From a phage, in assembly GCA_036930585.1 (NCBI GenBank), contig GCA_036930585.1_3066.1: 64,000 nt of DNA; one strand, written 5' to 3'. Shown one piece after another: positions 1 through 8,641 of the stretch (position 1 is its first letter; the number at the start of each line of letters is the position of its first letter). The translations under genes and the position numbers were made by a program. The notes beneath the pieces were generated by a model. That model saw nothing but the letters and a program-made list of their open reading frames with translations, made no database searches and was not told where the DNA came from.

Positions 1-962
1 CGATATGTATGACGGGGAGATGTGGATTCTTTAAATCGTTTTACATCTTCATTAAATGCTTTCTCACTGAGTTCTTTAACTCGTTCAATAATATTTTTAC
101 GAGTACGATCATCCAGTGAAAGAGCCTCGCGAGATGGAGCAATATCAAGTGAACCCATTGGAAACTTAATGTAATTCACTTCATTGCGAATGCTTAGCCA
201 GTTACGGTCTCTAATAACACCATCGATAGGATAAACAATACCGCCATAGATAGCATATAATCCACCACGATCAGGCCAGTATCTTTCTGGATTTACACCG
301 TAATAGTCATCAAAATCCGGAAAATAATCAATTTCGCGGTCAAGACCATTAATGATAGCCAAATCTTTGAACGGTCGCATGATATAAGAAACTTCATAAG
401 CAAAGTTTCTAAAGTCTTTTTCTTCAACTGGAACTACGATTTCAATACCAGTTTTATCATCTGGACCCATTTCTTTTACGAATGTAGGTTTAATCTGTGG
501 GCCATCACCATCCATGTAAGCTACATAACCACGAATTTCACCTTTATGATACGAAGTAATACTAAATGTATCAGTATAACTAAACGGAGATTTAGAACCT
601 AAACCAAATCCGCCAATAAAGTCATTAGATTCAGCTTTAGATGAACTGAAGTATGAATTATACAACCCAGGAGAATTATCATCACCTTGAATATCAAAAT
701 CGCTCATACCTGGACCAAAATCTCGACAAACAAATCGCGGATCTAATCGTCCTGGAACTTGAATGATAAATTTTTCAGGATTTCCATTGAGAGCATGGGC
801 ATCAATCATGTTGGTAATCAATTCACGGACTACTGCGCGAATCTTGTTTGTATACAAATCAGATGACAGAATTTTGAATACTTTAGGAGATGCTGTGATG
901 CTAAATGCCTTTGATTTAGAACCATTGCCAAGAATTGTTTCTTTTTCAGTGGTGATAATCAT
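1..962 (-). CDS. rIIA: rIIA protein, N-terminal part (gene continues beyond window start)
   Basis: ATG at 962 (minus) opens a frame that runs off the window edge; translation [56 protein letters not shown]... matches the T4 rIIA N-terminus (GHKL-type ATPase region). Absent from ORF track because no stop lies in window. Confidence 0.85.
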
Positions 963-972
963 AATTTCCTCA

Positions 973-1176
973 TTAATTCATATTGCGTTTAATAACTTCA
1001 GCAACTTCTAGTAATTCATCTTTAGTTGCGGTGTCGGATTGAATTTTATCTCTAATAGCCTTAAAGCGGTTTTTAAACTCTTCGGCTTCTCCCATATCGA
1101 AAAAGCGTTGAATGATTCTATATTCTCGATGAACTGCTTTATCAAAAAGTTCTAAATTTACTTTATATGATTTCAT
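973..1176 (-). CDS. small hypothetical protein (rIIA.1 position), 67 aa
   Basis: ATG-initiated ORF between gene 60 and rIIA; position-based assignment. Confidence 0.55.
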
Positions 1177-1201
1177 TTCAATATCCTCATTTGCCCAATT
1201 A

Positions 1202-1233
1202 ATTATACCACATCCTTGTGGTAAAGTAAACTA
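1202..1233 (-). promoter_or_regulatory. T4-type early promoter (-35 GTTTAC, 18-nt spacer, -10 TATAAT) overlapping gene 60 stop
   Basis: minus strand reads GTTTACtttaccacaaggatgtggTATAAT; identical 32-nt copy at 46673-46704. Confidence 0.5.
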
Positions 1234-1763
1234 CTGGCTCATCCATTCTTTACGAAGGTCAGCATTATCTCCCATGAGCATTTCAAAAAGTTCTTTCCAA
1301 TTCTCAGGAAGTTTAACAACATCATATACTGGATTTTGAATCATCTCACGATATTCAGATTTTTCCAAAGAGCCAAGTCCTTTAATATAACGGATGCTAT
1401 GTTTAGGTAGAGCATCTTTGGCACTCTCATATTCAGCGACTGTATAAAACCATTCTTGTTTTTTACCGACCTGAGCGATGATTACAGGAGTTTTGACGAA
1501 GCGAATTCTTCCTTGTTCAAACAGTTCTGGCCAATTACTAAAAAATCCGAGCAGAGAAGGATAAATAGAACCTAATCCAATAATCTCTTAATTATGAGGT
1601 ATTTCTATAGATAGCCCGAAGGCTATCCATCGTGATCTGCGTCTGTCATAATAGCGACATTCGCATAGTTCATTGAAGAGGATTTAATAGAACGACGAAC
1701 ATTGTTCTGCAATTTATATTTTTTCATATCAACGCTAGAAGAATCAATTTTTACAAATTTCAT
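1231..1763 (-). CDS. 60: DNA topoisomerase II small subunit gp60, decoded with 50-nt translational bypass (codons 1-46 at 1626-1763, resumes 1231-1575)
   Basis: N-terminal MKFVKIDSSSVDMKKYKLQNNVRRSIKSSSMNYANVAIMTDADHDG ends at take-off GGA followed by TAG; after the 50-nt gap the frame resumes LGSIYPSLLGFFSNWPELFEQGRIRFVK...RKEWMSQ; SD GAGGTG upstream of ATG. Confidence 0.9.
1576..1625 (-). other. gene 60 ribosomal bypass (hop) element: 50-nt coding gap between take-off GGA (1626-1628) and landing GGA (1576-1578), with UUCG-loop hairpin
   Basis: minus strand reads GGA UAG CCUUCGGGCUAUC UAUAGAAAUACCUCAUAAUUAAGAGAUUAUUGGA UUA, the classical T4 gene 60 bypass sequence. Confidence 0.9.
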
Positions 1764-2562
1764 TATACACCTCATAGAACTTTTCATCAGGAATCCAACC
1801 GCGTTTAAATTCATTAAATGCTCGGCCGAATAATTTTGAATTCACAGTTATATTATTAACTGATTTCCATTTAGCAACTCCCGTTCGTTTATAATGATCG
1901 GGGTCATATTTCGTGACGTACCATTCATATAAATTTGGTATTAATTTTACAGCCTCTGGATTTGTCGCTGATTTATTATACCATGGTTTCGCTTTTTCAA
2001 GTTCAGCTGCTTTTGCAGTAGCAGCAACAGTATTTCCAATACCAACTAATTTTTCAGCTTTAATGCGTGGGTCATTAACATGAAGACGAAAAACTTCGCC
2101 TTTTTCATTTTTAAAGCATGTCATGCCTTTAATTCCAGGAAGCTTAACACCTTTATTAACGCCGCACCATTCCTTTGGGTTAAATGATCCTTTAATTAAT
2201 AAGGCGCATTTACCCGATTTAATACTTCTCATTAAAACTTTATTTTTCATAAAGTTTTTTGACCATTCAGATACTGCTCTTTGATGGTAAATTCTAGCAA
2301 TTTCATATAATTTACTAGAACGTAAATATTTTTCAGTGTTTAACATTCTATTCATCGCATATGCCATTTCACGATTACGATGAATTTTATATAGTAGAAA
2401 ATGTGCTAAAAAGTGTTCACGAAAAGTCAGTTTCACCAAATTTTCTTTATCATCAGAACCTCCCATTGATCTTGGAAGGATATGATGAATTTCACCCTTA
2501 AATTTAGAAACGCGGGTTTTACCCCGCGCTATTAAGTCATTATAGATTTTTTCGTAATTCAC
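1744..2562 (-). CDS. mobA: HNH homing endonuclease (MobA-like), 272 aa, sitting between gene 39 and gene 60
   Basis: HNH motif region EIHHILPRSMGGSDDKENLVKLTFREHFLAHF; overlaps the 3' end of 39 and the 5' end of 60; only GTG available as start (no in-frame ATG near 5' end). Confidence 0.7.
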   Translation of the reverse strand: MNYEKIYNDLIARGKTRVSKFKGEIHHILPRSMGGSDDKENLVKLTFREHFLAHFLLYKIHRNREMAYAMNRMLNTEKYLRSSKLYEIARIYHQRAVSEWSKNFMKNKVLMRSIKSGKCALLIKGSFNPKEWCGVNKGVKLPGIKGMTCFKNEKGEVFRLHVNDPRIKAEKLVGIGNTVAATAKAAELEKAKPWYNKSATNPEAVKLIPNLYEWYVTKYDPDHYKRTGVAKWKSVNNITVNSKLFGRAFNEFKRGWIPDEKFYEVYNEICKN

Positions 2563-4090
2563 CTACTGTTATCCATTTACCATTAATCTGTACTTCATCA
2601 TTTTCATTTACGATAATTGTATCGCCATTTAGTTCGAAAGTAAACCACTCGCCATCTTCTTTTTCTTCAAACGCCTTTTCACCGAGAACTAATCCAGTGA
2701 TTGCGCAAATATCAAACAATTCTTTGTTTTTAAGCATATCAGCATATGACATACCCCAACTGTTGAGAACTTTACCGCGCAATGGATAACCACCATGAAG
2801 TTCTTTATCACGAACATCAATAAGATATCCGATAGCAGAATCACCCTCAGTCAAGAAAAGAGTAGTGTCAGCATCTTTACCGCAAAGATTCGCTTTAATG
2901 TGTTTATGAACCTTAGCTTTAGAAGCCTTTTTAGCTGCTTTAGTTTCTGCTGCCTTTTCTGCCGCCAATTTACGAGCCAAAGCAGCTTCAATAATCGGCA
3001 TTAGAATTGCTTCATTATTTAGAATAGCACGTGAAATCTTTTTAGCATCAAGTTGAATATGACTACGGATTTCACCAAATGGAGAAGTCAAACGCTCTTT
3101 AGTTTGAGAATCAAATCGCATGTTTTTCATATCACGGACAAACATAACGATAGTCAAACATTCTTTAACGCGTGCTTTAGTCACATCAATTTTGAACTTA
3201 CGTTTGATTTGTGGAATAAGGTCTTCACAAATATCATCCATAACACAGTCAATGTGATGGCCACCATTCTTAGTGTGAATGTTATTCACATAAGTTAATT
3301 GACGAAAACCATCCGGTGAACGACCAACCGCAATAGAGCAATTTTCTTGTTCTTGAACGATAGCATGTTCATCATATTGGCGTGCATATTTCTTAAAATT
3401 GCCCTGAACCTTTTTACCATTAAAGGTAAATTGAATATCAGGATAAACTACTGCAAGTGTCTGGAGACGATCTAGTGTAATGTCAAGATAAACTTGGGAC
3501 AGCTCATTAGTTTCAAATGACATAAAATCAGGAATGAAAGTAACACGAGTTCCTTTCCATTTTCCAGGAATAGTTTCCCATGATTTATTTTCCATGCCAT
3601 TTGAACAACGAACTACAATATTATTTTGACCATCACCAGTTTCACCGACAAACATCACAGAAAAAATGTTTGTCAAACTAGAACCAACACCATTCATACC
3701 ACCGGTGACACGTTCTTTATCATCACCAAAGTTACCACCTGCTTTTGGAATAGTCCAGGCAGCAACAGGACCAGGAATTTCTTCACCAGTAGGTGTTTTG
3801 ACCATCGCTTGTGGAATACCGCGACCGTTATCTTCAACTGTTACTTGATTGTTTTTAATAGTAACATTAATTTTATTTGCGAATTTAAACTTAGTACGAA
3901 TACCTTCATCTACTGAGTTATCGATAATTTCATCAATAAGCTTAACAAGACCAGGTACATACTGAACACTTTCCCATTTACCAAACAGAAAGCGCTCATG
4001 CATTTCATTAGCAGAAGAGCCAATATACATGCCGCTACGCTTTTTGATATGTTCAATATCGCTCAGAATTTTAATTTCATTCTTAATCAT
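2540..4090 (-). CDS. 39: DNA topoisomerase II large subunit gp39 (GyrB-like ATPase), 516 aa
   Basis: translation MIKNEIKILSDIEHIKKRSGMYIGSSANEMHERFLFGKW...; GHKL ATPase motifs (VEDNGRGIP); ATG at 4090 preferred over track GTG at 4093. Confidence 0.9.
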   Translation of the reverse strand: MIKNEIKILSDIEHIKKRSGMYIGSSANEMHERFLFGKWESVQYVPGLVKLIDEIIDNSVDEGIRTKFKFANKINVTIKNNQVTVEDNGRGIPQAMVKTPTGEEIPGPVAAWTIPKAGGNFGDDKERVTGGMNGVGSSLTNIFSVMFVGETGDGQNNIVVRCSNGMENKSWETIPGKWKGTRVTFIPDFMSFETNELSQVYLDITLDRLQTLAVVYPDIQFTFNGKKVQGNFKKYARQYDEHAIVQEQENCSIAVGRSPDGFRQLTYVNNIHTKNGGHHIDCVMDDICEDLIPQIKRKFKIDVTKARVKECLTIVMFVRDMKNMRFDSQTKERLTSPFGEIRSHIQLDAKKISRAILNNEAILMPIIEAALARKLAAEKAAETKAAKKASKAKVHKHIKANLCGKDADTTLFLTEGDSAIGYLIDVRDKELHGGYPLRGKVLNSWGMSYADMLKNKELFDICAITGLVLGEKAFEEKEDGEWFTFELNGDTIIVNENDEVQINGKWITVGELRKNL

Positions 4091-4143
4091 CACTTATCCT
4101 CGTTTGGTTTCGGGAATATTATACTCCGGTAATCATAAAGCTA

Positions 4144-4165
4144 AAGGCCCGAAGGCCTTTTATTT
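4144..4165 (-). terminator. stem-loop with UUCG-type loop followed by U-run (intrinsic terminator / RNA-stabilising hairpin)
   Basis: aaaggcccgaaggccttttattt. Confidence 0.5.
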
Positions 4166-4420
4166 AAAACGAATAGTCGAATCCTTGAAGAATAGTCCAG
4201 AACATACTGTTCCTTCTACTTTCTGCCCAGTAGGTCCAATAGCACGAAATCCAGTACGCTGGAAATCATTTTCAGAGCAACCGAACCAATTATATCCAGT
4301 GATTTCAATATTAGTAAAACCACTTGAAGACAAAACTTTGGTTGCATTATCAGCATCAGTACATCCTATTAAAGACACTGCTAATACTAATGCTGCGATA
4401 GAACGATTAATATATTTCAT
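4160..4420 (-). CDS. putative lipoprotein, 86 aa (signal peptide with LIGC lipobox)
   Basis: MKYINRSIAALVLAVSLIGCTDA...; ATG at 4420 preferred over track GTG at 4429. Confidence 0.6.
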   Translation of the reverse strand: MKYINRSIAALVLAVSLIGCTDADNATKVLSSSGFTNIEITGYNWFGCSENDFQRTGFRAIGPTGQKVEGTVCSGLFFKDSTIRFK

Positions 4421-4425
4421 AATTT

Positions 4426-4797
4426 TCACTTAAATTTAATGGCTTGAAGAAGACTAATAACTCTCAAGCGGCTTCTTTCATCTTTAACTGTAAAGGAAAG
4501 AGGGTCACCAGATTTCATAGTGATAGTGCATTCAAAATCAAAATCTTCGGGAACTTCTTCGAATAGATCAAATTCTTCATCATATATTAGAACATTACTC
4601 TGAAAACTGTGAAGAATTTTTCCGTCATTTCCAGATGCTGTACTAATCATTGTAACGTTATTACCTTTCATATCTTCAACGATAAATTCGCTTGTAGATA
4701 TTACATTACTAATAGAACCATTCCTATAAATAGCAGAAAATAGATATTTCTTTTCTTCACCTTCGCGAATGCGATATTTCTTACCGATTTTAAACAT
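4426..4797 (-). CDS. hypothetical protein, 123 aa
   Basis: ATG-initiated ORF in operon context. Confidence 0.55.
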   Translation of the reverse strand: MFKIGKKYRIREGEEKKYLFSAIYRNGSISNVISTSEFIVEDMKGNNVTMISTASGNDGKILHSFQSNVLIYDEEFDLFEEVPEDFDFECTITMKSGDPLSFTVKDERSRLRVISLLQAIKFK

Positions 4798-4799
4798 AA

Positions 4800-4976
4800 T
4801 TACCCTTTAAGTAAGTCGTAAAATCCGCCATTCACATGCTTAGGGGCAGAGACTAACCGAATAGCAATCCGATGACAATCAGGACATACATCAGTATCTC
4901 TTTCAGAAATTTTCTTGATTTTTTCGTATTCTTTTGCGCAGTCTTTTGATTGACATTTATAATCATAAAGCGGCAT
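4800..4976 (-). CDS. small zinc-ribbon protein (FmdB-like CxxC...CPxC), 58 aa; not in ORF track
   Basis: MPLYDYKCQSKDCAKEYEKIKKISERDTDVCPDCHRIAIRLVSAPKHVNGGFYDLLKG; fills the gap between flanking genes with 2-nt spacing. Confidence 0.5.
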   Translation of the reverse strand: MPLYDYKCQSKDCAKEYEKIKKISERDTDVCPDCHRIAIRLVSAPKHVNGGFYDLLKG

Positions 4977-4978
4977 AA

Positions 4979-5392
4979 TTATTCCTTAAAGTGAGCTTTC
5001 AACATCTGATACAAGGACCATGCCTGTTCATCATTTTCAATAGTAACTTTCATTACAGGGAATTTAGATTGATCAGTTATCGGTGCAGATTCTTCCTGCT
5101 CTTCAGCTGCCTGGTATGGATTTTCAACTTCATTAAAGAATTCAGCTTCATTCGATGAAAGCCAAATAAAATCTTCATCCAAAATATCTTTACCAGAAGA
5201 TAGTACTAAATTTCCAGCAAATGACATAATTTTAATAGGACGCCCAAGAGCATCCACATCTAAAATTTTAAAAGGATGCATGCCTAAACGGCGTGCATAG
5301 ATTCCGTTATCAGTATGGTCTTTAATAAAATTTTCTTGAGCTTGTTTATTTTTAAATTGATACCATTTATTAACTTCAAATTTAATAGCCAT
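4979..5392 (-). CDS. hypothetical protein, 137 aa (position of T4 goF/comC-alpha; not verified by sequence)
   Basis: ATG start, TAATG overlap with upstream gene. Confidence 0.55.
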   Translation of the reverse strand: MAIKFEVNKWYQFKNKQAQENFIKDHTDNGIYARRLGMHPFKILDVDALGRPIKIMSFAGNLVLSSGKDILDEDFIWLSSNEAEFFNEVENPYQAAEEQEESAPITDQSKFPVMKVTIENDEQAWSLYQMLKAHFKE

Positions 5393-5610
5393 TAATAAAT
5401 TTCCTTCCAGTAAGTTGTACCATCTTCAGTGATTTCACGAAATACACCGTAAATTGGTTGTTTATCCCCAACCTTTTCATACACATAAACCGAAGTCAAG
5501 TGAGTAAACTTAGCAGTGTGTTCCTTTTGAACTACTACCAAATCTGGATCGAATAACACATCTTCAAATTCATCATTAGTGCAATTCTGAATAATTTTAC
5601 GTTTCATCAT
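5392..5610 (-). CDS. hypothetical protein, 72 aa (position and size of T4 cef; not verified by sequence)
   Basis: ATG start; gene order. Confidence 0.5.
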   Translation of the reverse strand: MMKRKIIQNCTNDEFEDVLFDPDLVVVQKEHTAKFTHLTSVYVYEKVGDKQPIYGVFREITEDGTTYWKEIY

Positions 5611-5707
5611 AATTTCCTCATTAATTGAACATTGGAGCGATGCGTTTCAGAAGAGTAGCAGCACCTTTGGCAAATTTTCCATTTTATTCTCCAAGTTGTT
5701 TTCTGTA

Positions 5708-5746
5708 TCAGTAGTTGATATTGATATAGTACCATAATCAACTACT
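5708..5746. repeat. inverted repeat (11-bp arms cagtagttgat/atcaactactg, 17-nt loop) containing the recurring tatagtacca early-promoter core
   Basis: cagtagttgatattgatatagtaccataatcaactactg in intergenic region. Confidence 0.5.
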
Positions 5747-5779
5747 GATGTATATAGTTTTATGAAAAAATTTTAAACT

Positions 5780-6271
5780 TTATGCATAGCGAGCTTTGCT
5801 GTAGTGTTTAATCCAACTTTCAGGAATGACTTTGTATGTTCCTAAAAATACCGCGTTGTATAACTTAACGCCATCTTCTACCCATTGATCAGTAATGTAT
5901 GCACACATAGCGCGAGTACGCCGAGGAAGTGGTTGTCCACCTTCGATAAATTCAAACTCATAAGGAGCAATGAACTTAATAGCTTGACCGAGTTTCCACT
6001 TAAAGTCTACACCTACATGCGAAGTATCAATCGTTTCAATTCCTTTAGCGGGAACAGCTTTCAAAAACGCAGATTCAAGAAATTTCGCGCGAACATAACC
6101 AAACTGAGGTTTAGACTTTCCATCTTTAGGAATGATACGCACTTTTACTTCAGAATCTTCATCTTTAACGCCGTGTTTAAGCTGAATGCTTACAATTTCG
6201 ACCAATTTTCCTGCTGCTTTAGAACGGGATTTATCAGATACACGAGCAATTTCACCAATATTAATAATCAT
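5780..6271 (-). CDS. motB: MotB-like protein, 163 aa (position/size of T4 motB)
   Basis: ATG start; position after cef-like gene; paralogous C-terminal motif ITDQWVEDGVKLYNAVFLG shared with next gene. Confidence 0.5.
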   Translation of the reverse strand: MIINIGEIARVSDKSRSKAAGKLVEIVSIQLKHGVKDEDSEVKVRIIPKDGKSKPQFGYVRAKFLESAFLKAVPAKGIETIDTSHVGVDFKWKLGQAIKFIAPYEFEFIEGGQPLPRRTRAMCAYITDQWVEDGVKLYNAVFLGTYKVIPESWIKHYSKARYA

Positions 6272-6315
6272 AGTTATCTCTCACTTGTTAAAAAGATTTT
6301 ATACTCCACAGGACC

Positions 6316-6344
6316 ATTATACTCTGGTCCCAAGAGTTTGTAAA
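6316..6344 (-). promoter_or_regulatory. early promoter (GTTTAC-17-TATAAT)
   Basis: minus strand GTTTACaaactcttgggaccagagTATAAT upstream of 5780-6271. Confidence 0.5.
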
Positions 6345-6347
6345 CTA

Positions 6348-6893
6348 TTAATTCAAAATAGCTACCACCGCACTACGAGGTACTACACTAAAATCTCCTG
6401 CATGGACAACGTTCAGAAGCTCAACACCATCTTCAATCCACTGGTCTGTTACCCAACCACAGATAGGATTATCAAAAGGACGACGGATAGACACAGCAGC
6501 ACACAACAGGTCTGTAGGGTCTTGTTCTTCAACTTCTTGGAACAGGATGAACTCATCTTCATAAACCAGGTTTTTCTTTATTTTGTTATTATCTAACCGG
6601 CGACCGTGGATGACGTAAGATTTGTCAAACCACTCACTTTTGGCAAATTCTTCAACAATAAATTCGCCTTCGCCAAAAACATCAGTCAGAGTTTTATGAC
6701 CAGAAATCAAGGCATTAGTTTTAATTTTAGGTTCAACCAGTTTGTAGGTTTTGCCGATTTCAATAGCGGTAGTCATAGTAGGTTCCTTAATTTCCAGTGG
6801 TTTAACAGGGCATACATAAGTACTTACAACGTCAAAATCAATCAGTTTAGCTGCCGGATTCGGTGTGTATTCAGGATTATAATTAAATTTCAT
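6348..6893 (-). CDS. hypothetical protein, 181 aa, paralog of MotB-like gene
   Basis: shares C-terminal motif VTDQWIEDGVELLNVVHAG with 5780-6271 product. Confidence 0.55.
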   Translation of the reverse strand: MKFNYNPEYTPNPAAKLIDFDVVSTYVCPVKPLEIKEPTMTTAIEIGKTYKLVEPKIKTNALISGHKTLTDVFGEGEFIVEEFAKSEWFDKSYVIHGRRLDNNKIKKNLVYEDEFILFQEVEEQDPTDLLCAAVSIRRPFDNPICGWVTDQWIEDGVELLNVVHAGDFSVVPRSAVVAILN

Positions 6894-6895
6894 AA

Positions 6896-7393
6896 TTATC
6901 TCATTTCAATAAAATCTACAAGTTCAGCATGGGATTTACGGAACATTACTTGATGCCCGCCAATGATAACTTGGTCATCTGGTACTTCGTATACAGCAAG
7001 ATAAAATCCTTTCGAAGCTAATTCTTCACGCTCTTCTCGTGTGAACCATCTCATCATATCATATTCGCTAGCGAAAGCAAAATGATAAAGAGCTATAAAC
7101 CATCCTGGAATATGATATTCTACTCCAACATAATCTTTCTTGAACTTAGTATTAATTACTATATTAGCGTTTTTAACTAATAGTTTATCTTCGTGTGGTA
7201 AAGGAATTCTTTTATTATCGCTATGATGCATAAAATTAGGTCTGTCATAACCTACGTGTAATAGCCACTCTTCGCTCCATGAATCTATTATACTCCTGTA
7301 CGGCGTTATTTGAACACAAAGATTTCGACGTATTGTTATAGCATCTTCACAATCAAGAATACTAAACGATGATTCAACACGATAAATTTTCAT
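6896..7393 (-). CDS. hypothetical protein, 166 aa
   Basis: ATG at 7393 (MKIYRVESS...) preferred; track TTG start at 7432 lies inside the promoter. Confidence 0.5.
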   Translation of the reverse strand: MKIYRVESSFSILDCEDAITIRRNLCVQITPYRSIIDSWSEEWLLHVGYDRPNFMHHSDNKRIPLPHEDKLLVKNANIVINTKFKKDYVGVEYHIPGWFIALYHFAFASEYDMMRWFTREEREELASKGFYLAVYEVPDDQVIIGGHQVMFRKSHAELVDFIEMR

Positions 7394-7420
7394 TTTATTA
7401 TCCTCAGTAGCTATGGTGTT

Positions 7421-7450
7421 ATAATACCACAACTAACCGAGGAAGTAAAC
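7421..7450 (-). promoter_or_regulatory. early promoter (GTTTAC-18-TATTAT)
   Basis: minus strand GTTTACttcctcggttagttgtggTATTAT. Confidence 0.5.
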
Positions 7451-7456
7451 AACTTT

Positions 7457-8140
7457 TTATCGTTTTGTTGGAAGAGATAGAGGATCGCAATCTTCCTCTG
7501 ATGGAGCATCTTCAAGACCCATAGCATATCGCAAAGCGTACTTCATCATCAGGATGTCTTTCGCACAGTCATGAATAGAATCATGCGCAACGAATCCATC
7601 TAAAGTTCCTTTTGGAAGAGGACACGTGGTCATATCACGAACAAGTAGAAGTGCTTCAATTCTGGTACGAATATCACGCTGATTCCAGAATTTACATGGT
7701 TCTAACTTAAATGTGTCAAGCTCATTCTCAGAAACACCATTAAGACGTTGAATATCACGAATGAGATCGACTAAAATTGGAAAATCAAACGACATTCCAC
7801 GGCACCAGCCTTGAGATTTCCAAGGATCGATATTATGTGCATTGATGTAATCATTAAATTTTGCAATACCATCGATAGTGCTTACATCTTCATCTGATGG
7901 TGCAATATTTTTTCGAGCTTCAGGAGATTGATTCTTCCACCATTCGATAGTGCTTTTAGTAAAAAGACGATGTCCTTTTTGGCTTTTTAAATCAAACTTG
8001 ATTTTAATGCCGCGTGAAACTAATTCATCAAATGTTTCAACTACTTCTGGATTAGGGTCAAAAGCAATTACAGCTAAATCAATAACAGCTGCTTTTTCAC
8101 CACTTCCCATTGTTTCAAAATCTATAATAAAATCAAACAT
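7457..8140 (-). CDS. dexA: exonuclease A (DnaQ-like 3'-5' exonuclease), 227 aa
   Basis: MFDFIIDFETMGSGEKAAVIDLAVIAF...; DEDD exonuclease motifs; T4 gene order. Confidence 0.8.
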   Translation of the reverse strand: MFDFIIDFETMGSGEKAAVIDLAVIAFDPNPEVVETFDELVSRGIKIKFDLKSQKGHRLFTKSTIEWWKNQSPEARKNIAPSDEDVSTIDGIAKFNDYINAHNIDPWKSQGWCRGMSFDFPILVDLIRDIQRLNGVSENELDTFKLEPCKFWNQRDIRTRIEALLLVRDMTTCPLPKGTLDGFVAHDSIHDCAKDILMMKYALRYAMGLEDAPSEEDCDPLSLPTKR

Positions 8141-8382
8141 TAAATTTTCCTTGCTAAATCGCGAATTTGACCTACAGTATAATCTTGAATATAAACTTTA
8201 TTAATAGGTTCATCAATAAATTTTGCCATAGATTCAATATCTTTTTGTATTTCTTCAAGACTGTATACTATCTTTAAAGCTTTTTCGCGAATAGTAATAT
8301 TTTCAGGACCCTGATTTTCTTCAATGACAGCTTTAACATTTGTCATAAGAGATTTAAACTGGTACCAACTCAATTCAATCAT
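8140..8382 (-). CDS. hypothetical protein, 80 aa
   Basis: ATG start, overlaps dexA start. Confidence 0.5.
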   Translation of the reverse strand: MIELSWYQFKSLMTNVKAVIEENQGPENITIREKALKIVYSLEEIQKDIESMAKFIDEPINKVYIQDYTVGQIRDLARKI

Positions 8383-8620
8383 TAATAATCGCCTTATAAA
8401 GATAGCTAATTTCGCCTAAAATATAATCATTGATTGTAACAGTTTTCACTTCACCACAAAAGAATTCTAACGCAATTAAATCTCGTTCAATTTCTTCTAA
8501 TTGAAGCCTCAACTTACTAGATTCTATTTTTACAGTTTCACGATTTTTGCTATAAGCAATTTCATAAATTTCGCTTACTTTATCTTGAAGAAGATAAAAC
8601 TGATCTTTAGTTATTTCCAC
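8375..8620 (-). CDS. hypothetical protein, about 81 aa (likely GTG start with GAGGAA SD)
   Basis: no in-frame ATG; GTG at 8620 preceded by GAGGAAG. Confidence 0.45.
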   Translation of the reverse strand: MEITKDQFYLLQDKVSEIYEIAYSKNRETVKIESSKLRLQLEEIERDLIALEFFCGEVKTVTINDYILGEISYLYKAIIND

Positions 8621-8641
8621 GAATAGCTTCCTCAAATTTAA

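Noticed and set aside
763-1011. Plus-strand ORF (82 aa) antisense to rIIA
   Set aside because: Lies entirely inside the rIIA coding region on the opposite strand, low-complexity translation, no SD; typical shadow ORF in an AT-rich genome. The same reasoning applies to most plus-strand track ORFs (for example 2795-3004, 3053-3298, 3626-3916, 4029-4433, 5885-6343, 6186-6596, 6606-6953, 7950-8204, 9350-9574, 15074-15382, 19800-20030, 30971-31387, 33383-33766, 44218-44547, 46724-46990, 50659-50898, 51674-51904, 57785-58078, 63450-63764).
4091-4093. GTG start for gene 39 (track start 4093)
   Set aside because: The adjacent ATG at 4090 yields the canonical MIKNEIK N-terminus.
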